NCBI GenBank assembly: GCA_019636215.1
Contig: JAHBXZ010000005.1
Location: forward strand, 129,159-193,158
Origin: Planctomycetota bacterium
Lineage (GTDB): Bacteria; Planctomycetota; UBA8742; UBA2392
Reading direction: 5' to 3'
DNA length: 64,000 nt
Every line of letters starts with the position of its first letter. Positions within the stretch are counted from its first letter, which is position 1. Under the pieces are notes generated by a model. That model was not told the DNA's origin. It saw only the letters and a list, made by a program, of their open reading frames with translations, and did no database searches. A program made the translations under genes and the position numbers. Of the stretch, positions 40,744 through 49,853 are shown piece after piece.

Positions 40744-41610
40744 ATGGTGCATCATAGATTGTTTGCAGGACTGGCGGCCATTGTGCTTGCTGCCTGCGCG
40801 GGCTCCAGCCTTAAGGCGGCGCCGCTTGACCCGACGGCCTTCACGTCACTTGGCACTTTGACGATGCCGGCGGGCACATACACCATCGATACTACGGCCA
40901 TGACCATGACCGGTGGATCGATCAATTTCACGGGTGTGGCATCTGGCAACATCTGCGTGTTCACCTTTGCGTCGATCAATATCCAGGCTGGGGCCGTCAT
41001 CACCTGTCTGGGCACACGCACATTGGCGTTGCTTTCCCAAAGCACCTGCACCATCGCCGGTACCATTAACGCCAACGGTGAAAGCACGCAGGCAGGCTTC
41101 ATCGGCTACAACGCGCGCGGCGGCCCAGGTGGCGGTGCTGGTGGTCTGTCGGGCGACCTGACGGGTTACCTGGGTGGGCCCACGTTCAACCCACAGAACG
41201 GCAGTGGCCCTGGCGGCGGCCTTTGCGCTGACCAAAGCGGCGGCGCAGGCGGCGGCGGCTTCGGCACGGGTGGAGCCCGCGGCGGCGATGCCAACGGATA
41301 TCAGGGGCAGGCGGGCGGGGCTGCCTATGGCGACCTTGCCAACCTGCTGGAAGGCGGCAGCGGAGGCGGTGGCGCGGACCTTGCCAGCGGCGGCGGCGGC
41401 GGCGGCGGCGTTGAAGTCGGCGCAACCGGAGACATCTCCATACCCACCGGCGGCTCGGTTACGGCCAAAGGCGGCGACGGCGAAACCGGCAACTACGGTG
41501 CCAGCGGCGGCGGCAGTGGAGGCGGCATTTATGTACACACACCTGCCCTGCTTACGCTTGGTGGAACACTTGACGTGAGAGGTGGTGGAGGCGGCACGGG
41601 TGGATGCTGA
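40744..41610 (+). CDS. Gly-rich secreted protein, N-terminal part. It carries the signal peptide and ends at an in-frame TGA.
   Basis: Signal peptide MVHHRLFAGLAAIVLAACAGSSLKA, then GGxGG-rich sequence. Same reading frame as 41641..42765. Confidence 0.5.
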   Translation: MVHHRLFAGLAAIVLAACAGSSLKAAPLDPTAFTSLGTLTMPAGTYTIDTTAMTMTGGSINFTGVASGNICVFTFASINIQAGAVITCLGTRTLALLSQSTCTIAGTINANGESTQAGFIGYNARGGPGGGAGGLSGDLTGYLGGPTFNPQNGSGPGGGLCADQSGGAGGGGFGTGGARGGDANGYQGQAGGAAYGDLANLLEGGSGGGGADLASGGGGGGGVEVGATGDISIPTGGSVTAKGGDGETGNYGASGGGSGGGIYVHTPALLTLGGTLDVRGGGGGTGGC

Positions 41611-42765
41611 GGGTCCGCGGGCGGAGGCGCCGGCGGCCGTGTGCTGCTTACCTACGGAAGTTTCTCTAACCCCGGTTCTGGCCAGGTTCTTGCGACCGGT
41701 GGTGCCAGTGCGTCTGTCAGTGCCTGGGGCTTCGGCCCCGGCGGTACTACCGGTATGCCCGCCTCTGGCGGCCCGGCCGCAACGGAGCCTGCACCCAAGC
41801 TCGCTTTGGCTGCAACGACCGGCTTCACCGGCCCCTCCGGTGTGGAATTCACCTTCAATGCCGGAGTCGGCGTGGCATTGTCAGCGGCAAACCTGATCCT
41901 GGATCACCAGAATACCTCTGCCACGATCTCGGTCACCGCGGTCAACCCGGCCATGACGCAGAACGGCATCACGGCCCCGACTATCACCGGGTCTCAGGCA
42001 GTCGGCACTGCCTACTCATTCTCGGGGACCCCGGCATCGCTGGGCACAACCAGCTTTGATGTGACCCTGAGCGACGGCCTGCTCAGCAAGACCTGGCGCG
42101 CGACCTTCAATGTGACCAACTCGGTCGCGCCGCTGATCACAAGCACCGCCGTCACTACGGCGCAGGTCGGCGTGGTGTACACGTACAACATTGTTGCAAC
42201 CGGTGCGCCGTCGCCATCGCTCAGTGTGGCGGGCAATCCGGGGTGGCTGACCCTGACAGGCAATGTCCTGTCGGGTACGCCCCCGGCCGTTGGTACGGCG
42301 GGCCCGATCACCATCACGGCCTTCAACGGCATCTCGCCGGACGCCACACAGATTTTCTCCATCACCATTGATCCGGCACCGACGGCACCGCTGATCACCA
42401 GCAGCGCTGTGACCAGCGCGGTTGTCGGTGGCATCTACACCTACAACATCACCGCAACCGGCAACCCCAGCCCGACCATCATGGTCACTGGTCTGCCGCT
42501 GTGGCTGTCGCAAGTAGGCAATGCAATCACTGGCACTCCCGCTGCGGGCGACATTGGGACCACAGCCCTGATCACGGTCACCGCCACAAACGGCGTCAGC
42601 CCTGATGCTGTCCAGACATTCACCATAACCGTCTCCACTCCGACCACTATCGGCGGTGGCGGCGGCGGTGGCGGCGGCGGTGGTTGCGCCGCTGGAGCGC
42701 CTGCTGCAATTCTGCCGTTGTTTGCCCTGCTGGCTGCGGTGGTTCGTCGCCGCCGTCGTTCCTAG
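41611..42765 (+). CDS. Gly-rich / Ig-like repeat surface protein, C-terminal part. It has no signal peptide of its own and carries the poly-Gly-Cys-TM-Arg sorting tail.
   Basis: Continues in frame straight after the TGA (GSAGGGAGGRVLLTYG...). Repeats ...APLITSTAVTTAQVGVVYTYNIVATG.... C-terminus IGGGGGGGGGGGCAAGAPAAILPLFALLAAVVRRRRRS. Confidence 0.5.
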   Translation, partial: GSAGGGAGGRVLLTYGSFSNPGSGQVLATGGASASVSAWGFGPGGTTGMPASGGPAATEPAPKLALAATTGFTGPSGVEFTFNAGVGVALSAANLILDHQNTSATISVTAVNPAMTQNGITAPTITGSQAVGTAYSFSGTPASLGTTSFDVTLSDGLLSKTWRATFNVTNSVAPLITSTAVTTAQVGVVYTYNIVATGAPSPSLSVAGNPGWLTLTGNVLSGTPPAVGTAGPITITAFNGISPDATQIFSITIDPAPTAPLITSSAVTSAVVGGIYTYNITATGNPSPTIMVTGLPLWLSQVGNAITGTPAAGDIGTTALITVTATNGVSPDAVQTFTITVSTPTTIGGGGGGGGGGGCAAGAPAAILPLFALLAAVVRRRRRS

Positions 42766-42856
42766 GGCAATGACTCAGGCTGGATCAACCGGGCGACGGC
42801 TTGCCGTCGCCCGGTTTCATTTCTGTGGCCCCATATGCATGCGATACACTGCGACA

Positions 42857-43708
42857 ATGTTCGAATGGCTGAAACCCAAACCCGGGAAGCACACCTTGTC
42901 GTCTGCGCAGTTTGCCGCCATCAAGCGATTGCCCTGGTTTGCCATGTTGCCAACTCCGATTCGAGAGGGCTGGATCGGGCGCGTGGCCGAGTTTCTGGCC
43001 TCACGCAACATTGAGGGTTGCAACGGCCTTGTCGTCACGCCGGAAATGCGCGTTGCGGTGGCCGCGCAGGCCTGCCTTTTGGTGGCGGCGCGAAGCAGTC
43101 CGATGTACCCGCGCATGAGTTCGGTGCTGTTGTACCCGCACGCCTATGTAACCAGACACATGTCGGTCAACGAGATCGGCATTGAGGCGCAAGTCCAGGA
43201 CGTAAACCTGGGTGAAAGCTGGGATCGCGGCAACGTGGTGCTGTCGTGGGAGGATGTCGAGCTTGATGCACTCAACCCCGACGACGGCTTCAACGTCACC
43301 ATCCACGAATTCGCCCACCAGTTGGACAGCGAAAACGGCGCAATGGACGGCGCGCCTGAACTCCCCAAGGCTATGCGCGCGCGCTGGGCGGAAGTGATGA
43401 ACACCGAATACGAGGCACTGTGCAAGTTTGCCGACAGCCTGCCCGAAGAACCTGAAGATTCCCAAGCCGAACCCGACCCGGCCTTTGACGAGCGTCGTGA
43501 ACGGCACGAAGGAGACTGGGTGCTTGACCCCTATGGCGCCCAAGACCCCGCCGAGTTCTTCGCCGTTGCCACTGAGGCCTTTTTCGAAGACGCCCGCCGG
43601 TTGCGCGGCGCACACCCGCGGGTGTACGAGCTTCTTGCTGGCTTCTATGGCCAGCACCCGGCCGATTGGCCGGGCTGGAACAACCTGCTGAACCAAAAAG
43701 CCGTCTAG
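42857..43708 (+). CDS. MtfA-like zinc metallopeptidase (M90 family)
   Basis: MFEWLK N-terminus, HEFAHQLD zinc motif, and overall collinearity with MtfA. The longest ORF, from 42656, overlaps the upstream gene. Confidence 0.75.
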   Translation: MFEWLKPKPGKHTLSSAQFAAIKRLPWFAMLPTPIREGWIGRVAEFLASRNIEGCNGLVVTPEMRVAVAAQACLLVAARSSPMYPRMSSVLLYPHAYVTRHMSVNEIGIEAQVQDVNLGESWDRGNVVLSWEDVELDALNPDDGFNVTIHEFAHQLDSENGAMDGAPELPKAMRARWAEVMNTEYEALCKFADSLPEEPEDSQAEPDPAFDERRERHEGDWVLDPYGAQDPAEFFAVATEAFFEDARRLRGAHPRVYELLAGFYGQHPADWPGWNNLLNQKAV

Positions 43709-45639
43709 GCGGCGCCTTCCACGCGCTTGCGGATGTCGGCGACATCCGGGTCAGGGATGGCCTCCATCAGCTTCTTGGTGTAGCTGTGCTGCGGGTTGGC
43801 GTAGATCTGGTCGCTGCTGGCGTACTCCACGATATGCCCGCCGCGCTCGAAGTCTTCCTCGCGCACACCGTCGCGCTTGCCGTCGTTCCACAGTTCCTTC
43901 AGCGTTTTGCCGGGGCACATCACGGCAATCTCGTCACTGATGAACTTCACCACGCTCAGGTCGTGCGAAATGAAGACATAGGTCAGGCCAAACTCGTCCT
44001 GCAGATCGAGCAGCAGGTTCAACACGCCGGCCTGGATGCTTACGTCCAGCGCGCTGACGCTTTCGTCGCACACAATGAACTCGGGCTCTACGGCCAGTGT
44101 GCGGGCAATGCCCACGCGCTGGCGCTGGCCGCCGCTGAACTCGTGCGGGTAGCGCTTGAGAAAGTTCGGGTCCAGTCCCACGCGCTCGAGCAGGTACAGC
44201 GCGCGTTCTTCACGTCCGCGCGCATTGCCATGCAGGCCGTGCACTTTCATCGGCTCCATGATCGCGGCACCGATGGTCATGCGCGGGTTCAGGCTGGAAA
44301 ACGGGTCCTGGAAAATGATCTGCATCTTGCGCCGCATCTCGCGCAGGTCGGCCGCGGGCATGCCGGTGATTTCTTTGTCGCCGTAAAACACCCGGCCGGC
44401 GGTGGGCTCAATCAGGCGCAGCACCGTGCGGCCCAGTGTCGTCTTGCCGCAGCCGGATTCACCCACCAGGCCGATGGTGCGGCCCTTGCGAACCGTAAGC
44501 GTCACGTCGTCGACCGCTTTGACAAAGCCGACGGTGCGCCGCATCACGCCCTTCTTGATGGGAAAGTACGACTTCAGGCCCTCAATGCGCAGCAGCGGCT
44601 GGTCGAAATCCGGGGCGTCTTCGCGGCGCCTGGAGGGCTTGGGGCGGTTGGGAATCTCCAGGTTCGGGTCGGTGGCATCCAGCTTGAGGCCTTTTTTCTC
44701 GGCGTCCAGGAAGTCTTCCACGGTAGGCAGGCGCTCGGCCTTGGTGGTCAGCTTCGGCTTGCAGGCCAGCAGGCCCTTGGTGTACGGGTGCTGCGGGTTG
44801 GCAAAGATGTCAAGCACGCGCCCGTACTCGACAATCTTGCCGCGGAACATCACGGCCACTTTGTCTGTCACTTCGGCCACGACACCCAGGTCGTGGGTGA
44901 TGAACAGAACCGCCATGCGCCGCTTGTTCTGGAGTTCCTTGATCAGTTGCAGGATCTGCTTCTGGATGGTGACGTCCAGCGCCGTGGTAGGCTCGTCGCA
45001 GATCAGCAGGCGCGGGTTGCAGGCCAGCGCCATGGCGATCATCACGCGCTGCTTCATACCGCCCGAAAGTTCAAACGGGTACTGCTTGACGCGCACTTCG
45101 GGGTTTGGAATGCCGACTTCGTCAAACAGCTCGACGGTGCGCTTCCAGGCCTCGTCTTTGGTCATGCCAAGGTGCAGCGTCAGCGCCTCCACGACCTGGG
45201 AACCGCAGGTAAACACCGGGTTCAGGCTGGTCATGGGCTCTTGAAAGATCATGGCAACCTGGCCGCCGCGGATCTTGCGCAGCTCGGCCTCGCTCATCTG
45301 GGCCAGGTCAACGTCGGCGCCGCCTTCGTTGCGCCACTTGATCTGCCCGCCCTCAATGCGGCCGGCCTGGCTGGGCAGCAGCTTCAGCATGCTGTAGGCG
45401 GTCATGGACTTGCCGCTGCCGGATTCGCCCACAACGCCAAGCGTTTCGCCCTCGCCGACTTTCAGGCTGATGCCGTCAATGGCCTTGACCACGCCGTTGT
45501 CGGTGTGGAAGTAGGTGCGCAGGTCGGTGATTTCAAGCAGCGGGTGGGCGACGATTTCGTTCTTGACCGAGTCATGGATAAACCCGGGGCTGGCCCGTAG
45601 ATCGCCGGTGTTGTTTGCGTTGTCCTGGGCCAATGGCAT
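43705..45639 (-). CDS. ABC transporter ATP-binding protein with two fused ATPase domains (YejF/GsiA-like peptide-type importer ATPase)
   Basis: Two Walker A sites, GESGSGKS and GESGCGKTT, and two LSGGQ-like signatures. 644 aa. Confidence 0.85.
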   Translation of the reverse strand: MPLAQDNANNTGDLRASPGFIHDSVKNEIVAHPLLEITDLRTYFHTDNGVVKAIDGISLKVGEGETLGVVGESGSGKSMTAYSMLKLLPSQAGRIEGGQIKWRNEGGADVDLAQMSEAELRKIRGGQVAMIFQEPMTSLNPVFTCGSQVVEALTLHLGMTKDEAWKRTVELFDEVGIPNPEVRVKQYPFELSGGMKQRVMIAMALACNPRLLICDEPTTALDVTIQKQILQLIKELQNKRRMAVLFITHDLGVVAEVTDKVAVMFRGKIVEYGRVLDIFANPQHPYTKGLLACKPKLTTKAERLPTVEDFLDAEKKGLKLDATDPNLEIPNRPKPSRRREDAPDFDQPLLRIEGLKSYFPIKKGVMRRTVGFVKAVDDVTLTVRKGRTIGLVGESGCGKTTLGRTVLRLIEPTAGRVFYGDKEITGMPAADLREMRRKMQIIFQDPFSSLNPRMTIGAAIMEPMKVHGLHGNARGREERALYLLERVGLDPNFLKRYPHEFSGGQRQRVGIARTLAVEPEFIVCDESVSALDVSIQAGVLNLLLDLQDEFGLTYVFISHDLSVVKFISDEIAVMCPGKTLKELWNDGKRDGVREEDFERGGHIVEYASSDQIYANPQHSYTKKLMEAIPDPDVADIRKRVEGAA

Positions 45640-45840
45640 CTCCGCGCGTTGGGTTGAACCAGCGATTCTACGAATGACTCGAAGTTAGGGGTGGCACAAA
45701 CGGGAGTCAAGGAACAGGTTCAGGGTTAGGGCGATGCATGCACCCGTGCCATGGACCTGACCTGCTGCCTCACCTTGCTGTAACTCCTTTGCCATGCTCC
45801 TTGACCTGACGTCCGCACCTGCCATTGAAACCCCGCCCCG

Positions 45841-45868
45841 TTGACACTGCGGGGCTTGGTGTTACGTT
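45841..45868 (+). promoter_or_regulatory. Candidate sigma70 promoter for tRNA-Leu
   Basis: TTGACA at 45841-45846, a 16-nt spacer, then TACGTT at 45863-45868, about 12 nt before the tRNA 5' end. Confidence 0.45.
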
Positions 45869-45880
45869 TCGCGGCCCACT

Positions 45881-45967
45881 GCGCGGGTGGCGGAATTGGC
45901 AGACGCGCTAGCTTGAGGTGCTAGAGCCTTCACCGGCGTGCGGGTTCAAGTCCCGCCCCGCGCACCA
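45881..45967 (+). tRNA. tRNA-Leu (anticodon GAG), class II with a long variable arm
   Basis: Acceptor stem gcgcggg/cccgcgc, U8. Anticodon stem ctagc/gctag with loop ttGAGgt. T-arm gcggg-ttcaagt-cccgc. Discriminator A, then an encoded CCA. Confidence 0.9.
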
Positions 45968-46006
45968 GTCAACTCGCTTCGCTCGCTCATGGCGAGCCAG
46001 AGTGTT

Positions 46007-46041
46007 GGAACGCCCCTGTTTTCGGGGGCGTTCTTGCGTTT
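46007..46041 (+). terminator. Rho-independent terminator after tRNA-Leu
   Basis: ggaacgcccc-tgttttc-ggggcgttc followed by ttgcgttt. Confidence 0.7.
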
Positions 46042-46182
46042 GACGAAATGCGGCTTTGGGTTTCTGGAAACTGCCGCCGCGCCCTGTCGTGGTCGTTCCC
46101 CAAAACCCGTAACCCAAAACCCGCAACCGCTGTTGCTCTGCATTCGCAATTTTTTTGCGCGCGCAGTAATCGCGCCTTGCCG

Positions 46183-46317
46183 CCGCAAATGCCGTTTTCA
46201 TTTGCGGTTGGAACTGTCAGCAAATGTGGATATCGCCCTCAAACCAGCCTGCCAAGCGGATTGCCGCTTGATTTGCACCTGCCGCGCATGTATCTGGAAG
46301 TCCCCGTAACGGGGACG
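46183..46317 (+). promoter_or_regulatory. glnA 5' leader carrying three separate perfect palindromes; candidate regulator-binding sites or structured leader
   Basis: CCGCAAATG-n7-CATTTGCGG at 46183-46207, CAAGCGG-attg-CCGCTTG at about 46253-46270, and GTCCCCG-taa-CGGGGAC at about 46301-46317. Confidence 0.4.
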
Positions 46318-46413
46318 CACGAACCACCCGATACAACAACTTTCTCAACGACCCGCCCCGGCGGGCCGCTGTGCTTTTGCGTTTTCGGCGACACTTCCGC
46401 CACGGAGACAACA

Positions 46414-47859
46414 ATGAGCGAGCTCAAGCTTCACCCGGACAAGTACGGCATCGACGACGTGATCGCCTTTGCCAAAGATCGCGGCTGCACCATGCTCGAC
46501 ATCCGCTTTATGGACCTGCCGGGCCTCTGGCAGCACTACACCTTCCCGATTCGCCGCCTGACCAAGGATTGCTTCGAGGAAGGCTTTGCCTTTGACGGCA
46601 GCAGCCTGCGGGGCTGGAAAACCATCAACGAATCCGACATGACGGCCATGCCCGACCCCACCACGGCCTTCATTGACCCGTTCATGAAGGAGCCCACGCT
46701 GGTGCTGATTGCCAACATCGTGGACCCGATTGAGCGCACACCCTACCCGCGCGACCCGCGCAACATCGCCAAGCGCGTGGAAAGCTACCTGAAGTCCACT
46801 GGCATCGGCGACACCATCTACTTCGGCCCCGAGGCCGAGTTCTTTATTTTTGACAACGTGCGGTTCAGCACCGGCATCAACCACGGCTTCTATCACCTGG
46901 ACAGCCAGGAAGGCGCCTGGAACACCGGCCGCGAGGAAGAGGGCGGCAACCTGGCCTACAAGCCGCGCGTCAAGGGCGGCTATTTCCCGGTGCCGCCGAT
47001 GGACAGCCTGCACGACATCCGCACCGAGATGCTGCTGACACTCGGCCGGCTGGGTATGACGCCTGAGTTGCATCACCACGAAGTTGCCACCGGCGGCCAG
47101 TGCGAGCTCAGCATCAAGTACGACACGCTGGTGCGCGCGGCCGACAACCTGATGATCTACAAGTACGTGGTCAAAAACATCGCGCGCAAGCACGGCAAGA
47201 CGGCCACGTTCATGCCCAAGCCCCTGTTTGGCGACAACGGCAGCGGCATGCACGTGCACAGCAGCATCTGGAAAGGCGGCAAGAACCAGTACGCCGGCGA
47301 TGGCTACGCGGGCTTGAGCCAGACTGCAGTCTTTGCAATAGGCGGCATCTTGAAACATGCCCACGCCCTGTGCGCGATCACCAATCCCACCACCAACAGC
47401 TATCACCGCCTGGTGCCGGGCTACGAGGCCCCGGTCAACCTCGCCTACAGTTCGCGCAACCGCAGCGCCTGCGTGCGTATTCCGCTTTCGGGCGACAGCC
47501 CCGCCGCCAAGCGCTTTGAGTACCGCATTCCGGACCCCAGCAGCAACCCCTACCTGGCCTTTGCGGCTGTGGCGATGGCGGCGCTGGACGGCATCCAAAG
47601 CAAGATCGACCCGGGCAAGCCGATGGACAAGGACCTCTATGATCTGGAACCCGAGGAATTGAAGGACATCCCGCAGGCACCGGGCAGCCTCGAACAATCA
47701 CTGAAGTCGCTGGAAAAGGACAACGCCTTCTTGCTCAAGGGCGACGTGTTCAGCGCCGACGTGGTCGGCGAGTGGATCAACTACAAGATGAAGAACGAGG
47801 TCGACGCCATGCGTTTCCGGCCTCACCCGCACGAGTTTGAGCTGTATTTTGATATCTAG
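46414..47859 (+). CDS. glnA: Glutamine synthetase type I
   Basis: [19 protein letters not shown] start. Diagnostic GS-I regions, including ...GSGMHVHSS.... 481 aa. The longest ORF runs to 46048. Confidence 0.9.
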   Translation: MSELKLHPDKYGIDDVIAFAKDRGCTMLDIRFMDLPGLWQHYTFPIRRLTKDCFEEGFAFDGSSLRGWKTINESDMTAMPDPTTAFIDPFMKEPTLVLIANIVDPIERTPYPRDPRNIAKRVESYLKSTGIGDTIYFGPEAEFFIFDNVRFSTGINHGFYHLDSQEGAWNTGREEEGGNLAYKPRVKGGYFPVPPMDSLHDIRTEMLLTLGRLGMTPELHHHEVATGGQCELSIKYDTLVRAADNLMIYKYVVKNIARKHGKTATFMPKPLFGDNGSGMHVHSSIWKGGKNQYAGDGYAGLSQTAVFAIGGILKHAHALCAITNPTTNSYHRLVPGYEAPVNLAYSSRNRSACVRIPLSGDSPAAKRFEYRIPDPSSNPYLAFAAVAMAALDGIQSKIDPGKPMDKDLYDLEPEELKDIPQAPGSLEQSLKSLEKDNAFLLKGDVFSADVVGEWINYKMKNEVDAMRFRPHPHEFELYFDI

Positions 47860-47869
47860 TTGGAACAGC

Positions 47870-47939
47870 GTGTCTGGTGTCTGGTGTCTGGTGTCGCGTG
47901 TCTGGTGTAGCCAGACACAAGCCACTGGACACCAGACAC
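47870..47939. repeat. Five tandem GTGTCTG heptamers followed by their inverted complements; a compound hairpin, likely a bidirectional terminator, between convergent glnA and the methyltransferase gene
   Basis: gtgtctg gtgtctg gtgtctg gtgtcgc gtgtctg gtgtag CCAGACAC aagccactg GACACCAGACAC. Confidence 0.7.
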
Positions 47940-47943
47940 TGTT

Positions 47944-49005
47944 CTAACCCGCGAACATCGCTGCTTGCTTGGGCCGGGCATCTGGCGCGAAGTCGAACTC
48001 CTGGGGCGTGACCACGTACAGGAACTCTTTGTTGTGCAGGTGGCTGACCTTGCCCACCTTTTCACCCTGAGGGTTGTAGATGCCGATCTGCGCGCCCACG
48101 TAACGCTTGAAGTCGTGCGTCAACGTAACCACCTTGCCCCGCGCGCCCAGCACGGCTTCGGCGTCGGCCTGGCTCAGAAAGCCCTCATTGTTGAAGCTGA
48201 CGATCAGGTACTTGGCCTTGACGGCGGCGATCATGGCCTTGAACGCGGCCAGAAACTTCGGGCGCGAGTTGAACTGGCTCTTGCGCTGCCGCACATCCAC
48301 GCGCTTGCAGGCCGTGCCGTACACTTCGGGCTTGTCCCAGCGCACCAGCGATTCCCAGATGTGGTAGTTGGCCAGGTACGAATGCTGGTTGTAGGGCGGG
48401 TCAATGTAGGCCACGTCCACGGGCGTTTGCGCAGCTTCGAGAGCGTCGAGACAAGTGGCGTTACCTTTGCCATGGCGGGCGCGGGGCAGCACGTTGGGCA
48501 TACGCAGCTCGATGTCATTATAGGCCCGTGGTGCCCATCCCTTTAGATAGGCCATTTGCAGGCCGGTGGTGCTGTCCACGCGGTCGGCGGCTTCCATCAG
48601 GCTGACCAGCAGCACGGCCTTGAGTTCCGGCGGCAGTAACTTGGCTTCGATGGCATCGCGGATGGCATCAACCCGGGCGCCGTTCTTGGGCTGAAAGAAG
48701 CGCGAGTCTTCGCAGAAGGTCTTAGTGAAGTAGCCGGGCTTGCCCGGCATGGCGTTGAACTCTGCAATCAGTTTCTCGGCATCGGGGCGCACGTCTTCAA
48801 GATCGGCCTGAACATAACAGGTCGCCAAAGTGTGGGCATAGGCGTTGTGATCGTTGGCAGCCACGCGATAGCCGGCAGCCTTCAGCGCATGGCCCACACG
48901 GGACGTGCCCGAGAACAGGTCAAGCACAGACGTCGCGGGCAGTGATGCCACCACGTCAACGATGGCGCCAAGCAGCGTGCGTTTCGACCCGATGTACTTG
49001 ATCAC
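47944..49005 (-). CDS. N6-adenine-specific DNA methyltransferase, D12/Dam-like class; an orphan with no adjacent restriction gene
   Basis: N-terminal YIGSKRTLL, motif I DLFSGTSRVG, and the catalytic DPPY at ...VAYIDPPYNQHSY. Confidence 0.75.
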   Translation of the reverse strand: MIKYIGSKRTLLGAIVDVVASLPATSVLDLFSGTSRVGHALKAAGYRVAANDHNAYAHTLATCYVQADLEDVRPDAEKLIAEFNAMPGKPGYFTKTFCEDSRFFQPKNGARVDAIRDAIEAKLLPPELKAVLLVSLMEAADRVDSTTGLQMAYLKGWAPRAYNDIELRMPNVLPRARHGKGNATCLDALEAAQTPVDVAYIDPPYNQHSYLANYHIWESLVRWDKPEVYGTACKRVDVRQRKSQFNSRPKFLAAFKAMIAAVKAKYLIVSFNNEGFLSQADAEAVLGARGKVVTLTHDFKRYVGAQIGIYNPQGEKVGKVSHLHNKEFLYVVTPQEFDFAPDARPKQAAMFAG

Positions 49006-49031
49006 GGGGATAGTCTAGCGGCGAGGACGAT

Positions 49032-49113
49032 AGTCGGGAGTCTGAAGTCGGCAGTCGGCAGCAACGGCACAAGCGCGGTTTCTGCTGACTGCTGACTCCC
49101 GACTGCCGACTCG
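49032..49113. promoter_or_regulatory. Dense direct and inverted GTCGG(G/C)AGTC-type repeats in the divergent intergenic region between the methyltransferase and the amidoligase operon
   Basis: AGTCGGGAGTC at 49032-49042 and GTCGGCAGTCGGCAG at 49047-49061 on one side. GACTCCCGACT at 49094-49104 and CCGACTGCCGAC at 49099-49110 on the other. The second arm is flanked by ctgctgactgctgact. Confidence 0.45.
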
Positions 49114-49130
49114 AAAACTATCATCCCCCC

Positions 49131-49853
49131 ATGCCCGTTCTTGACCTGCATATCCAGGCCCAGCCCGATGACCGGTCCTGCGGCGTCACCTGCCTGAATG
49201 CGTTGTATGGCTACTACGGCAAGGATGTGCCGCTGCCGCAACTGGCGCTTGAAGTCGAACACCTGGAATCCGGCGGCACCCTGGCCGTGATGCTGGGCTG
49301 CGACGCGCTGCGCCGGGGCTTCAAGGCCAAGATCTACACGTACAACCTGCAACTGTTCGACCCGACCTGGTTTCAGGACGCCAAGATCAACATCGCCCAC
49401 AAGCTCCTGCGCCAGGAGAACTTCAAAGACGACCCACGCCTGAAAGTGGCCACACGCCGCTACGTGGAGTTTCTTGACCTGGGCGGCCGGGTGCGCTTTG
49501 AAGAAATGAACGCCAAGCTGATCCGCAAGTACCTCAAGCGCGGCAAGCCGATCCTGGTCGGCCTGAGCTCCACGTACCTGTACCAGACGGCACGCGAGTA
49601 CGGCCCCTTTGACGACTACGACGACGTGCGCGGCGAGCCCCAGGGCCACTTTGTTGTGCTGTGCGGCTATGACCGCGACGCCAAGACCGTGCGCGTGGCC
49701 GACCCGCTGCTGCAAAACCCCATGACCGGCGGCAGCCAGTACTACGATGTCTCCATGGACCGCTTGATTGCAGCGATTCTGCTGGGCATTGTCACCTATG
49801 ACGCGAACCTGCTGCTGATCGAACCAAGAACCCCGGACCAACCGGCTGCATGA
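49131..49853 (+). CDS. Papain-fold cysteine peptidase/acyltransferase-like protein (C39-like / BtrH-N-like)
   Basis: Gln and Cys in QAQPDDRSCGVTCLNALYGYYG, then His in GHFVVLCGYD, in the order seen in C39-type peptidases. First gene of the ATGA-coupled operon. Confidence 0.55.
   Translation: MPVLDLHIQAQPDDRSCGVTCLNALYGYYGKDVPLPQLALEVEHLESGGTLAVMLGCDALRRGFKAKIYTYNLQLFDPTWFQDAKINIAHKLLRQENFKDDPRLKVATRRYVEFLDLGGRVRFEEMNAKLIRKYLKRGKPILVGLSSTYLYQTAREYGPFDDYDDVRGEPQGHFVVLCGYDRDAKTVRVADPLLQNPMTGGSQYYDVSMDRLIAAILLGIVTYDANLLLIEPRTPDQPAA

Noticed and set aside
41608-41610. TGA as a selenocysteine codon or UGA-Gly recoding
   Set aside because: UGA is used as an ordinary stop throughout the window, including the ATGA overlaps. 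No convincing SECIS-like hairpin follows and no redox CxxU context is present. A sequencing error, pseudogene or readthrough is more plausible.
43666-45600. 644-aa plus-strand ORF
   Set aside because: It is antisense to the duplicated ABC ATPase, which carries unambiguous Walker motifs on the minus strand.
45881-46413. Genomic island or integrated element at tRNA-Leu
   Set aside because: There is no integrase, no direct repeat of the tRNA 3' end and no compositional break. The tRNA is followed by its own terminator and then the housekeeping gene glnA.
47870-47939. CRISPR array
   Set aside because: The repeats are 7-bp contiguous tandem units without spacers. The structure is a hairpin or terminator-like element, not a CRISPR array.
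47944-49853. Restriction-modification or defence system made of the methyltransferase plus the neighbouring genes
   Set aside because: The neighbours are a papain-like peptidase and ligases. There is no nuclease, helicase or specificity subunit, so the methyltransferase is better treated as an orphan.
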